This document shows positions 18,513 to 27,224 of a stretch of DNA of 33,565 bases, piece by piece (positions within the stretch are counted from its first letter, which is position 1; each line of letters starts with the position of its first letter). Under the pieces are notes generated by a model, which made no database searches, was not told where the DNA came from, and was given only the letters and a program-made list of their open reading frames with translations. The stretch is from NCBI GenBank assembly GCA_031367385.1, contig JANLPS010000496.1:1-33565 (forward strand), written 5' to 3'. Source of the DNA: Archangium sp. (lineage in GTDB: Bacteria > Myxococcota > Myxococcia > Myxococcales > Myxococcaceae). Made by a program: the position numbers and the translations under genes.

Positions 18513-19913
18513 GTGGAACAGTACTTCACCTCACTCTCCAAGCGGCAGACGATGCTGCTGTTGACGTCGTTGGCGTTCGGCGGCTCGAAGGCCGTGGCGT
18601 CGTTCGAACATCTGCCGGCTGAAGAAGAAGAGCTGCTCAAGCACCGGGCTGCGGCGCTGCTGCAGATACCGCGCGACAAACGAGTGCCCCTGCTGGTGCA
18701 GGAGATCAAGCGGCTCACGACCCAGCGCCGGCGACAATTGGCGTCGGCAGACCCACGGAGGTTGGCCGAGGTGCTCAGCAAAGAGCGCCCGGTGATGATT
18801 GAAGTGGTGCTCAGAGCATTACCGGTCGAGCTGGCTGAAGCGGCGCGAGCGGCAATACCCAATCACCCGACCATTCGGCTGCAGCGCGACGTGCGCCCCG
18901 ACGTGCTCTCGATCATTCGGTGGAAGCTCGAAGAAGCGCTGCAGCAGAACGCGCCGCGGGTCGGCACTTTTCGCTTCACTGACCTGCTGACACTGCAGCA
19001 GCGCGAGATTTTGAGCGTGTGCGATCGCATGGGTGCGCGGGTGCTCTCGACGGCGATCGCAGGCTTGCCGAGCGCTGAGGCCGAGCAGTTGTTTTCGCAG
19101 CTGCCGCCTGATCAACGAACCTTGGCGATGAAGGCGGCTGAAGCGGCGAAGTCGAAGCCCCTGAGCGAAGACGACGCGAAGACGGTTTTGGGCATGCACG
19201 GTGCGCTCGAGAACCCCTCCGAAGGTATGCGGAGCGCCGGTGCGCAGCGGTTGATGCGAGCCTGCGTGGCGCAGTCGGGCGACTTCGCGCAGCGCATGGT
19301 CGAGCGCTACACCGGCGACCTGGGCAAGCTGTTGCGGCGCTGGGCGAAAGAAGAGCGAAAGCGCTCAGTCAAAGGCGACGGTGGGCGGCTCGACATCGTC
19401 GAGCAGCTCGAGCGTCTCGCGCAGAAGGGCATCATCGATCGGCCGATGCGGTTGCCGCCTCCATTTCGCGCGCCGCCAGCCGTGCCACCAACGCTGCGGC
19501 CTCCGCCCGCGGGGCTCGCCAACAGGGGCTCTTCACGTCCCGCGAACAGCCGAGGAGACAACCCGGTCGCCGCGGCGCCCGCCTACCCTGGGCCTCGGCG
19601 TGAGAGCCTGAGCGCGTTGCCACGGCGCGATTCAGTGGCCGAGCGAGAAGCGAACCGCTCGGGCGTGCCGGCACCACGCCCCAGCCGAGGCTCACCCATG
19701 CCTCAAGCCGAAGAGGGCTCGGGGAGCCATCAGCGGATCATGCGAGACGGCAAACCCCTGGTGCGCGAGGCCGAGGCCACGCTGCCGCCTCGGCGAAAAT
19801 CGGTCGGAGCGTCTCCGGCGTTTCAAGCGATACCGCGCCGCAAGACCAACGATGCGGCGAAGTCACCCGTTGTGAAGGGCACTGGGCGCGGCTCGAACGA
19901 CGACTCCGAGTAG
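18513..19913 (+). CDS. FliG-like protein in the SctK position, with Pro/Arg-rich disordered tail
   Basis: 'LAEVLSKERPVMIEVVLRALP' resembles the FliG-M EHPQ segment; 'FRFTDLLTL..REI' resembles the FliG-C MFxFEDL segment; between sctJ and sctL. Confidence 0.7.
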   Translation: MEQYFTSLSKRQTMLLLTSLAFGGSKAVASFEHLPAEEEELLKHRAAALLQIPRDKRVPLLVQEIKRLTTQRRRQLASADPRRLAEVLSKERPVMIEVVLRALPVELAEAARAAIPNHPTIRLQRDVRPDVLSIIRWKLEEALQQNAPRVGTFRFTDLLTLQQREILSVCDRMGARVLSTAIAGLPSAEAEQLFSQLPPDQRTLAMKAAEAAKSKPLSEDDAKTVLGMHGALENPSEGMRSAGAQRLMRACVAQSGDFAQRMVERYTGDLGKLLRRWAKEERKRSVKGDGGRLDIVEQLERLAQKGIIDRPMRLPPPFRAPPAVPPTLRPPPAGLANRGSSRPANSRGDNPVAAAPAYPGPRRESLSALPRRDSVAEREANRSGVPAPRPSRGSPMPQAEEGSGSHQRIMRDGKPLVREAEATLPPRRKSVGASPAFQAIPRRKTNDAAKSPVVKGTGRGSNDDSE

Positions 19914-19988
19914 GCGTTCGTTGAGGTGCTGTACGGCTCCGTGCGTCGAGGCTCAGCCGACCGCCAGGAGAGCCTTCGCTCGCGGAGG

Positions 19989-20277
19989 AAATGCGAAGCG
20001 CAGTCGTCACTTCAGAAATCGGCTCTCGCCTTGCCGGTCGCGCAGATCTGGTCCTGGTCAGCTTCCGAGCGTTATCGCTCAGGCGCTTGCCGGTGGTGAT
20101 CCGAACCCTTCGGGCTTTGCGCCAAGAGACCCTCAGCGCGGCTTAGAAAATGCGAAACGCAGTTGTCATTCTGAAATCACCCCGAGCCCTGACCACCCTT
20201 GCCCTCGTCGCCAAGGAGCTGGTCGGGGTCGGCAGGGCGGTCTGCCACCCGAACCCAGCGCACCCCAGCGCTCGGCG
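19989..20277. repeat. degenerate tandem duplication (two units starting 19989 and 20148)
   Basis: AAATGCGAAGCGCAGTCGTCACTTCAGAAATC vs AAATGCGAAACGCAGTTGTCA-TTCTGAAATC, then colinear shared blocks CCTTGCC, CTGGTC..GGTC.GC, CCGAACCC, CAGCGC. Confidence 0.7.
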
Positions 20278-20378
20278 GCCATGGCGCACACCGTCTTCGG
20301 CCCAATCGACGGGGTCTTGCATCGTCGCGGAGGCAGTCTCCGAGCGCATTCCACCGATTGATGTAGACTCCGCTGACA

Positions 20379-21086
20379 ATGGACGACGGGCCTCGAGACG
20401 ACCGTCGACCTGGAGCGCCGAATGCGCCTCGGGTCATCGGCAAAGTCATCAGAAGTGATGGGCAAGACCTCTCGCTGAGTGGCGAAAAATCGCCCCGGCG
20501 GGCCGGCGTGGTGAACGCCGAAGAGTTCGAAGCGCGAAACAAAGCCAAAGAGATCATCGCCGACGCGCAGCGCAAAGCCGACGAGATCATCGCCGCCGCT
20601 GGGCTCGCCCGCGATGAAGTCTTCACCAAGGCCCGCGAAGAAGCGCACGCCGAGGTGCAGGCGCAATCGACTGAAGAGCTCGCGCGCGCCAAGCTGCAAG
20701 CGGGTCAAATTCTCGCGGCCTCCGAGCATGACGTGGTCGAGTTGGCCCTCAAAATAGCCGCCAAGATCATCGGCCGGGAGCTCGAGCACGACCCTGAGCT
20801 CGTGCTCGAAATCGCCGCCAACGTGATTCAAACCACCCGGGCTGCGAAGGCGCTGATCCTCCGCGTGCATCCCGAAGACGGCAAGCTGCTGCGGAGCACG
20901 AGACCGCGACTCCTCGAGCTTGTCGGGCGCTCGGTCGATCTGGCGATCCGTGACGACAGCGATGTTGAGCGCGGCGGGTGCATCGTTCAGACCGAGTTCG
21001 GCGTGATCGACGGGCAGATCAAGACTCAGTTCCAAATGATCAAGAACGTCTTCATGCCCGACGCGGCGAAGAAAGAGGCCAAGTAG
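20379..21086 (+). CDS. sctL: T3SS stator protein (SctL/FliH family)
   Basis: Helical 'A..IIA.A' repeats, 'VELALKIAAKII', 'LRVHPED', 'D.DVERGGCIVQTEFGVIDG'. Confidence 0.93.
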   Translation: MDDGPRDDRRPGAPNAPRVIGKVIRSDGQDLSLSGEKSPRRAGVVNAEEFEARNKAKEIIADAQRKADEIIAAAGLARDEVFTKAREEAHAEVQAQSTEELARAKLQAGQILAASEHDVVELALKIAAKIIGRELEHDPELVLEIAANVIQTTRAAKALILRVHPEDGKLLRSTRPRLLELVGRSVDLAIRDDSDVERGGCIVQTEFGVIDGQIKTQFQMIKNVFMPDAAKKEAK

Positions 21087-22406
21087 GTGGCGATCGATCT
21101 CAGCCGCTACCACGCGCTCCTCAAGAACGCGTCGACGATGGGCGTTCGCGGCCGGGTGGTCGAGCTGACCGGTCTGGTGATCAAAGCCGCAGTCCCCAAC
21201 GTGCGCATGGGCGAGGTCTGCGAAATACGCACCGGTCGAGGCACGGTGCGCTCCGAGGTCGTCGGGTTTCAAGGCGACACCGTGATGCTGATGCCGCTGG
21301 GCGAATTGGGCGGCATCGGGCCCGACTCCGAGGTGATACCGACCGGGCGGCCGCTGACGATCATGGTCGGCAACGGGCTGCTCGGGCGCGTGCTCAACGG
21401 CCTGGGCGAGCCCATCGACGGCAAGGGCCCGCTCAACGGCGAAGGCATGAGCGAGTGGGCGGTCGACCGCGACTGCCCCGACCCATTCAAGCGCATTCGC
21501 ATCACGCGGCCGCTTGCGCTGGGGGTGCGCTGCATCGATGGTTTGCTCACCGTCGGAGAAGGCCAGCGCATCGGGCTCTTCGCCGGCTCTGGGGTCGGCA
21601 AGTCGACCTTGATGGGCCAGATCGCCCGTAACACCGCAGCCGAGATGTCGGTCATCGCGCTGGTCGGCGAGCGTGGTCGCGAAGTGCTCGAGTTCATCGA
21701 AGATGCCTTGGGTGAAGAGGGCATGAAGCGCTCGGTCGTGGTCTGCGCGACGTCCGACCAACCCTCGCTGGTGCGCTTGCGAGCAGGCTACGTGGCCACC
21801 GCCGTCGCCGAGTTCTTTCGCGAGCGCGGCGGCAATGTGCTGTTCATGCTCGACACCGTCACCCGCCTCGCGCGCGCCCAGCGTGAAATCGGCCTGGCCA
21901 TCGGCGAGCCTCCCGCCCGCCAAGGCTACCCGCCCTCGGTCTTCTCGATGCTGCCGCGCATGCTCGAGCGCACCGGCAATTCAGACAAAGGCCGCTGCAC
22001 CGCCATCTACACCTGCCTCGTCGCCGGTGAAGACATGGAGGAGCCCATCGCCGACGAAGTGCGCGGTATTCTCGACGGTCACTTCATTCTGAACCGTGCG
22101 CTGGGTGAGCGAAACCAGTGGCCCGCGATGGACGTGCTGGCCTCGCTCTCTCGCGTGATGAGCCAGATCGCGACGCCGGAGCACAAGAAGGCCGCGGGTA
22201 AGCTGCGCGAGACGCTCTCGAACTACGAGAAGCAGCGCGACCTGATTCTGCTCGGTGCGTACCAGTACGGCACCGACCCTCGCGTCGACTACGCCATCGA
22301 CAAGTACGACCAGATCATCGGCTACCTGAAGCAAGACACCTCCGAAAACACACCCTTCGATCAGGCGGTACAGATGCTGGTCGAGCTCTTCGCTGACGCG
22401 GTCTGA
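21087..22406 (+). CDS. sctN: T3SS ATPase (SctN/FliI)
   Basis: 'GQRIGLFAGSGVGKS', 'ALVGERGREV', 'LDTVTRLARAQREIGL..GEPP..GYPPSVF', 'EPIADEVRGILDGH'. Confidence 0.98.
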   Translation: MAIDLSRYHALLKNASTMGVRGRVVELTGLVIKAAVPNVRMGEVCEIRTGRGTVRSEVVGFQGDTVMLMPLGELGGIGPDSEVIPTGRPLTIMVGNGLLGRVLNGLGEPIDGKGPLNGEGMSEWAVDRDCPDPFKRIRITRPLALGVRCIDGLLTVGEGQRIGLFAGSGVGKSTLMGQIARNTAAEMSVIALVGERGREVLEFIEDALGEEGMKRSVVVCATSDQPSLVRLRAGYVATAVAEFFRERGGNVLFMLDTVTRLARAQREIGLAIGEPPARQGYPPSVFSMLPRMLERTGNSDKGRCTAIYTCLVAGEDMEEPIADEVRGILDGHFILNRALGERNQWPAMDVLASLSRVMSQIATPEHKKAAGKLRETLSNYEKQRDLILLGAYQYGTDPRVDYAIDKYDQIIGYLKQDTSENTPFDQAVQMLVELFADAV

Positions 22407-22529
22407 CCACCGTCAACCAGGCCTGCTTGCGGCGCTTTTGCCCGCTGTCGCACATCGACGCACGTACGCTCACGCTTGGTGACTCTTGGCGACCTGGGCA
22501 GCTGCTTCGGGTAGACTTCGCCGCGTTCT

Positions 22530-23036
22530 ATGCCCCCGTATCGCCTTCAAGCGCTCCTCGACATTCGCATCAAGGCCGAAGACGAGGCCAAAGAGGCGTT
22601 TTCGCACGCGGTTCGGGCCCATGACGCCGAGAAAAAGAAGCACGAAGCGATGACCGCCGACCTGCAAAAACGCAAGGTCGAGCGCAAGGCCAAGGTCGCG
22701 CAGTTCTTGACCGAGATGACCGCCAAGGGCGGCGGCATCAGCGCTTTTCAGCAGATGAACCGCTTCGAGCAACGGCTCAAAGACGAAGAGGCTCAGCTGG
22801 CGATGGAGATCGAGCGCCAGAAAGAAGCCGTCGACGAGGCGCTCAAGCTGGTCGAGCAACGGCGGCAAGAAATGGCCGAGGCGGCGACCGAGAAAAAAGC
22901 GATCGAGAAGCACCGTGAGAATTGGGCGCTCGAGGTTCGAAAAGAGCGCATGCAAAAAGAAGAAATGAACCAGGAGGAGATCGGCAACACGCTCCACCTG
23001 GCCCGCGTGCGCGCCGCCACGAGGAAGCCGTCATGA
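22530..23036 (+). CDS. sctO: T3SS stalk protein (SctO/FliJ-like coiled coil)
   Basis: 'YRLQALLDIR' N-terminus, coiled coil, 'EKKAIEKHRENW...EE..QEE' end; directly after the ATPase. Confidence 0.85.
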   Translation: MPPYRLQALLDIRIKAEDEAKEAFSHAVRAHDAEKKKHEAMTADLQKRKVERKAKVAQFLTEMTAKGGGISAFQQMNRFEQRLKDEEAQLAMEIERQKEAVDEALKLVEQRRQEMAEAATEKKAIEKHRENWALEVRKERMQKEEMNQEEIGNTLHLARVRAATRKPS

Positions 23037-24040
23037 GCCGCGTCGACGACGACCGAGATGCCGCGCGGGCCGAGCAGCGGCTGCAAGAGGCCAAGCGCAC
23101 CGAGCAGGCCAAGCAGGCCCAGCGAAAGACCGCCGACGTCGGGTTCTCGAAGCTGGTCGGCAAGTCGCAAACCGAGCAGCTCAAGCGGGTCACCCAGACC
23201 GTCAAACAAGACAGCACCGCGAAGAGTGCCATCGCGCAGCTGCTCCACGAGGCCGAGTCGGCGCACGTCGAGCAGGCCGACACCGCGCGAATGCTCGAGG
23301 GCCAGCACCAGGCCGAGGCGGGGCTGGTCGCGAAAGACGCGCAGTCGAAGACCACCGGCGAGGCCCACAAGAACGCCGCCCAAACCCAGGGTCAGGCGAC
23401 CAGGGCCAAAGAGACCGTCGTGCGCGATGGCTCGCTCGCCGCGCAGGGCCGCGCGGTCGACATGGGCCAGACCGGCGTGACCGCCGAAGGGCGAAAATCA
23501 GACGCCAAGGTACAGCGCGAGATGCTGGCCGAGCGCGGCGCGTCGTCAGATTCGAACCAAGAAGGTGCCAGCAAGTCGGCCGCCAGCGCGCGCGGCGAGA
23601 AGGGCGGCCTCAAGACCGACGCCGACAAGGGCGGGGGCGGGCAGCAGGGCGGCAACAAAGACGGCAAAGACGGGCCGCCGCCGACGATGCGGTTCAACCC
23701 GGCGCTGATGGCTCCGGTGGCGGTGGCCAAGCCGAAAGAGGCCACCGGCTCTGACCGGCTGCGAAAAATCGCCAACGAGCTCGCCCAGAAGATCGTCGAG
23801 CGGGTTCGCATCGGCACCAACTCAGCGGGCCGGGTCGAGTTTCAAATCGACCTCCGAAGCGACGTGCTCTCGGGCTTGCAGGTCAAGGTCTCGAGCCAGA
23901 ACGGCAAGATCAAAGCGACCTTCACCGGCTCGAACAAAGACGTGCTCAAGCTGATTGAAGAGCAGGGTGAGGCGCTCAAGGCGGCCCTGGCCTCTCGCGG
24001 GTTGACCCTCGAAGACTTCAAGGTCGAGAGGCGCCCGTGA
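23033..24040 (+). CDS. sctP: T3SS ruler / hook-length control protein (SctP/FliK)
   Basis: ATGA overlap at 23033; long low-complexity region then T3S4/FliK_C-like domain 'EFQIDLRSDVLSGLQVKVSSQNGKIKATF...LKAALASRGL'. Confidence 0.85.
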   Translation: MSRVDDDRDAARAEQRLQEAKRTEQAKQAQRKTADVGFSKLVGKSQTEQLKRVTQTVKQDSTAKSAIAQLLHEAESAHVEQADTARMLEGQHQAEAGLVAKDAQSKTTGEAHKNAAQTQGQATRAKETVVRDGSLAAQGRAVDMGQTGVTAEGRKSDAKVQREMLAERGASSDSNQEGASKSAASARGEKGGLKTDADKGGGGQQGGNKDGKDGPPPTMRFNPALMAPVAVAKPKEATGSDRLRKIANELAQKIVERVRIGTNSAGRVEFQIDLRSDVLSGLQVKVSSQNGKIKATFTGSNKDVLKLIEEQGEALKAALASRGLTLEDFKVERRP

Positions 24041-25464
24041 TGGACGAAGGCGACGACTCGAGCAGCGGCGGCAGCGACCGCACGATGATGATCGACGTCA
24101 AGAAGATCAAAGCACCGCCGCGCCGCAACAGCGTGCCGCAGCAGCGCGAAGTCGAGGCTCCGCCCCGGCGCGAGTGGCAACCCTTCGCGTTCTCACGGCT
24201 CGAGAAGATCTCGAAGTCATACGTGCAGCTGCTGCGAGGGCTGGAGTGGATGCTCCCCAACGTGCGCAGCAACGGCGAAGTGGCCGAGTCGGTGCGCGAT
24301 CGCCTGCAGGAGATGATCGACGAGAAGGTCACACTCGCCACCGAATCAGTGCACGTGGTCAACCCGGCCAAGGCCCGCCGCTTCGTCAGCGACCCGACGT
24401 TCTTGGCGGTGTTGGCGCCCTTGCCGAACAAGACCCGCGGCCTGCTCGAGGTCGAGCTCGGCCTGGCGCACATGGTCATCGACATGTTGCTGGGTGGTGC
24501 GGGCGAGGCGGTCGCGTTGCGGCCGCTGACCGACATCGAAGAAGGCGTGCTCACCTACGTGTTGATTGAGACCCTCAAGGTGCTGGCCCCGACCATCGAC
24601 CCGGCGCTGCCCAAGCTGCGGCTCGAGAGTGTCTGCCGAACCTTCGACGAGGCAGTCAGCATTCTGGGTGAAGATGAGCACCTGGCGGTGGTGCAGCTGA
24701 AGGCGATGATCGGCGAGCACTCCGGCTACGTGCGCATTTTCATACCCGAGAGCGTGCTGAGCATGGCGCACCCTTCGACCGATGCCGCGGTGCGACGGGC
24801 CCGCCGCTCGGCTGACGCGCAGGCGCATGCGGGGCGGTTGAGCACGGTGAAGGTGTGGCTGCGCGCTGAGATTGGCCAGGTCGAGATTTCGGCTGCCGAC
24901 CTGCGGCAGGTGCGCGAGGGTGACGTGATTCTGGTCGACGGGCTCAAGACCCGGCCCGACTTGGGAGAGCCCGGCACCGCGGTGTTGAGGTTGGGCGCAG
25001 GCCGTCAAGGCTCGCTGACCGCCGAGGTCACCGTCGAAGACAAGCGCTACAGCGCGAAGATCATCGAGATCGCCGTGGGAGCCCCTGACGTGCCGCGCGA
25101 GCCGCCCGAAGACGCCGCGCCACCCCCAGTGGTCGAAGACGAAGCGCGGGTCGAGCAGGAGCTGTTGGGCGACGCCCCCGATGACTCGACCAACCCGGGC
25201 AAATTACCAAGGAGCAACGACGTGGAGAATCCTGAAGGGGCCGACCTGCTCAACGACATTCCGCTCCAGATCGCGGTGGAGCTGGGGCGGGTCGCGATGA
25301 CGGCCGAAGAGGTGGTCGGGCTGAAGGTCGGTCATGTCATCGACTTGAACCGCTCGGCCGGTGAACCGTTGGATCTGTCGGTCAATGGCAAGGTCGTCGC
25401 GCGCGGCGAGCTGGTCGAGGTCGACGGCAACCTGGGTGTGCGCATCTTGTCGCTCGCGGGGTGA
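24037..25464 (+). CDS. sctQ: T3SS cytoplasmic ring protein SctQ (FliM-like domain plus two SpoA/FliN domains)
   Basis: 'IDMLLGGAG...RPLTDIE' FliM-like motif; 'LNDIPLQIAVELGR...NGKVVARGELVEVDGNLGVRI' SpoA domain. Confidence 0.93.
   Translation: MMDEGDDSSSGGSDRTMMIDVKKIKAPPRRNSVPQQREVEAPPRREWQPFAFSRLEKISKSYVQLLRGLEWMLPNVRSNGEVAESVRDRLQEMIDEKVTLATESVHVVNPAKARRFVSDPTFLAVLAPLPNKTRGLLEVELGLAHMVIDMLLGGAGEAVALRPLTDIEEGVLTYVLIETLKVLAPTIDPALPKLRLESVCRTFDEAVSILGEDEHLAVVQLKAMIGEHSGYVRIFIPESVLSMAHPSTDAAVRRARRSADAQAHAGRLSTVKVWLRAEIGQVEISAADLRQVREGDVILVDGLKTRPDLGEPGTAVLRLGAGRQGSLTAEVTVEDKRYSAKIIEIAVGAPDVPREPPEDAAPPPVVEDEARVEQELLGDAPDDSTNPGKLPRSNDVENPEGADLLNDIPLQIAVELGRVAMTAEEVVGLKVGHVIDLNRSAGEPLDLSVNGKVVARGELVEVDGNLGVRILSLAG
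25209..25224 (+). promoter_or_regulatory. internal RBS and GTG start giving an 80-aa SctQ C-terminal product (25222-25464)
   Basis: AAGGAG at 25209-25214, in-frame GTG at 25222 just before the last SpoA domain. Confidence 0.7.
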
Positions 25465-26090
25465 TGATGACGATGGCTCGGCTGCTGGGGGTGGTGCTCG
25501 CACTGGGTGCGCTGTCGACGCGCGCCAATGACTCCGTGGACCAGGCGCCTCACGCGCGAGATGGCGGCCCGATGCTCGCAGACATGATCGCCAGCATGGA
25601 GGAGAACCAGCGCAACATTGACACGCTGCTCGGCCGAGACGCGGGTGGGAGCGACATTGCCGCCATCGTGGCCCAGCAGCTGCCCCCCGCGGCGCCCTCG
25701 CTCGACTTGCCGGTCAGCGACTTCGACCCGAAGGGCGAAGACCTGAACCTCGGGTGGACGCTGGTTCGCACCGCGCTGGTGCTGGGCATCGTGGTGTCGC
25801 TGATCTACCTGACCCTCAACGTCGGCTTGCGCAAGCTGCTCGGCATCAAACCGGCGACGAGCCACGGGCTGGTGACGGTGCTCGAGCGCGTCACGCTCGA
25901 TCAGAAGCGGGCGCTGTTCGTGGTGCGGGCGGGCAGCGAGGTGCTGCTGCTCGGAGGCTCCGACTCGAACCTGGAGCTCATCACCAAGCTCGACCCCGCG
26001 GAGGTGGAGCGGCTGCAGAGCCAACCTGCGGCGCCGCTGACGATGAGCCCGCTGCTGCAAAAATTGCTCGGAGCGAGGAAAAAATCGTGA
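25461..26090 (+). CDS. fliO: FliO-family export-gate assembly protein
   Basis: Signal-like N-terminus, single TM 'LVRTALVLGIVVSLIYLTL', cytoplasmic 'VTVLERVTLDQKRALFVVRAGSEVLLLGGS'; upstream of sctR; exact start uncertain (25461-25473). Confidence 0.85.
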   Translation: MMMTMARLLGVVLALGALSTRANDSVDQAPHARDGGPMLADMIASMEENQRNIDTLLGRDAGGSDIAAIVAQQLPPAAPSLDLPVSDFDPKGEDLNLGWTLVRTALVLGIVVSLIYLTLNVGLRKLLGIKPATSHGLVTVLERVTLDQKRALFVVRAGSEVLLLGGSDSNLELITKLDPAEVERLQSQPAAPLTMSPLLQKLLGARKKS

Positions 26091-26935
26091 CTCGATTCGA
26101 TCGCGCACGGTGGCGCCTGTTTTCATTGGGCATCTTCTTGATGCCGCTGGTGGCCGCCGCGTTGCCGAAAAAAGAAGCGGCGCCGATGACCGATACGCCG
26201 CTGACCGGCGGCGAGACCTTCGCCAACCGCCCGTTGGTGTTGATGATCGCGCTCACCGCGTTGGGTCTGGCGCCGTTCGTGCTGTTGATGGTGACGAGCT
26301 TCGTGAAGATCTCGGTGGTCTTGTCAATCGTGCGCTCGGCGATGGGCACGCAGCAGATTCCTCCGACGCAGGTGATCACGGGCTTGGCGATCATCTTGAC
26401 GGTCTACATCATGGCGCCGGTGGGTCAGGAGATGTTCAGGGTCGCCGACGGTAACGGCGTCACGATGAGCGGCGATTTCATGCAGGCCAAGACCGTCGAC
26501 ATCTTGATCAAGTCAGCCAAGAAGGCCCGTGGGCCGCTGCGTGACTTCTTGAAAAAGAAGGTCACCGCCAAAGATCGCACCCTGTTTTATTCGCTGGCAC
26601 TCAAGCTGCGAAAGAACAAGACCGATGGGTGCCCGGATGAGCACAAGTTGCTCGGTGAAGAGACCCGCGATGACGCCAACTGCATCGCCGACACTGATTT
26701 TCTGGTGCTGACACCGGCCTTCGTGATCTCCGAGCTCAAAGAGGCTTTTCAGATCGGCTTCTTGCTCTTCGTGCCTTTTCTGGTCATCGACATGGTGGTC
26801 GCGAACATCTTGCTCGCGCTGGGCATGCAGATGCTCTCGCCGACGACCATTTCAATGCCCTTCAAGCTGCTGCTCTTCGTGTTGGTCGACGGCTGGTACC
26901 TGATCGCGAAGGGGTTGGTCATTGGGTACATCTGA
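26087..26935 (+). CDS. sctR: T3SS export apparatus protein SctR (FliP family)
   Basis: 'MVTSFVKI.VVL..R.A.GTQQIPP', 'PAFVISELKEAFQIGF', 'SPTTISMPFKLLLFVLVDGW'; GTG 26087 overlaps fliO stop. Confidence 0.96.
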   Translation: MTRFDRARWRLFSLGIFLMPLVAAALPKKEAAPMTDTPLTGGETFANRPLVLMIALTALGLAPFVLLMVTSFVKISVVLSIVRSAMGTQQIPPTQVITGLAIILTVYIMAPVGQEMFRVADGNGVTMSGDFMQAKTVDILIKSAKKARGPLRDFLKKKVTAKDRTLFYSLALKLRKNKTDGCPDEHKLLGEETRDDANCIADTDFLVLTPAFVISELKEAFQIGFLLFVPFLVIDMVVANILLALGMQMLSPTTISMPFKLLLFVLVDGWYLIAKGLVIGYI

Positions 26936-26947
26936 AAGAGGTCACGT

Positions 26948-27214
26948 ATGCATGAGATGACAGCCATCGTTCAGCAGGCCCTGCTGCTGGTGCTGATTTC
27001 GTCGGGGCCGCCGATCGTGCTCAGCCTGATGGTGGGCTTCGCGGTCTCGGTCTTTCAAGCGACCACGCAGATTCAGGAGCAGACCTTGTCATTCGCTCCG
27101 AAAATCGTGGTGGTCTTCGGCGTCTTGGGGCTCGCCGGCCCGTGGATTGGCACGAACCTGTTGCGCTTCACCTTTCACATCTTCGACCGGTTTCCCCTGA
27201 TCATCGGGCACTGA
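26948..27214 (+). CDS. sctS: T3SS export apparatus protein SctS (FliQ family)
   Basis: 'FQATTQIQEQTLSFAPK' motif, 88 aa. Confidence 0.96.
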   Translation: MHEMTAIVQQALLLVLISSGPPIVLSLMVGFAVSVFQATTQIQEQTLSFAPKIVVVFGVLGLAGPWIGTNLLRFTFHIFDRFPLIIGH

Positions 27215-27224
27215 TCACCCTTCG

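Noticed and set aside
19989..20178. The ~32-nt direct repeat as a mini CRISPR array
   Set aside because: Only two imperfect copies, ~127-nt gap, similarity extends into the supposed spacer, and no cas genes
19921..20458. ORFs 19921-20361 and 20150-20458 as real genes
   Set aside because: Arg/Pro/Ser-rich non-coding-like composition, weak starts, the second overlaps sctL; kept only as part of the repeat finding
20166..21923. 585-aa minus-strand ORF, and similar long shadow ORFs (9913-11433 +, 1943-3115 -, 28096-29100 -)
   Set aside because: Antisense to well-supported genes; typical stop-poor shadow frames of high-GC DNA with no recognisable motifs
25754..26086. N-terminal extension of sctR (likewise 22922-23032 for sctP and 6543-6638 for the acyltransferase)
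   Set aside because: They overlap upstream genes out of frame; downstream starts give 4-nt stop/start coupling
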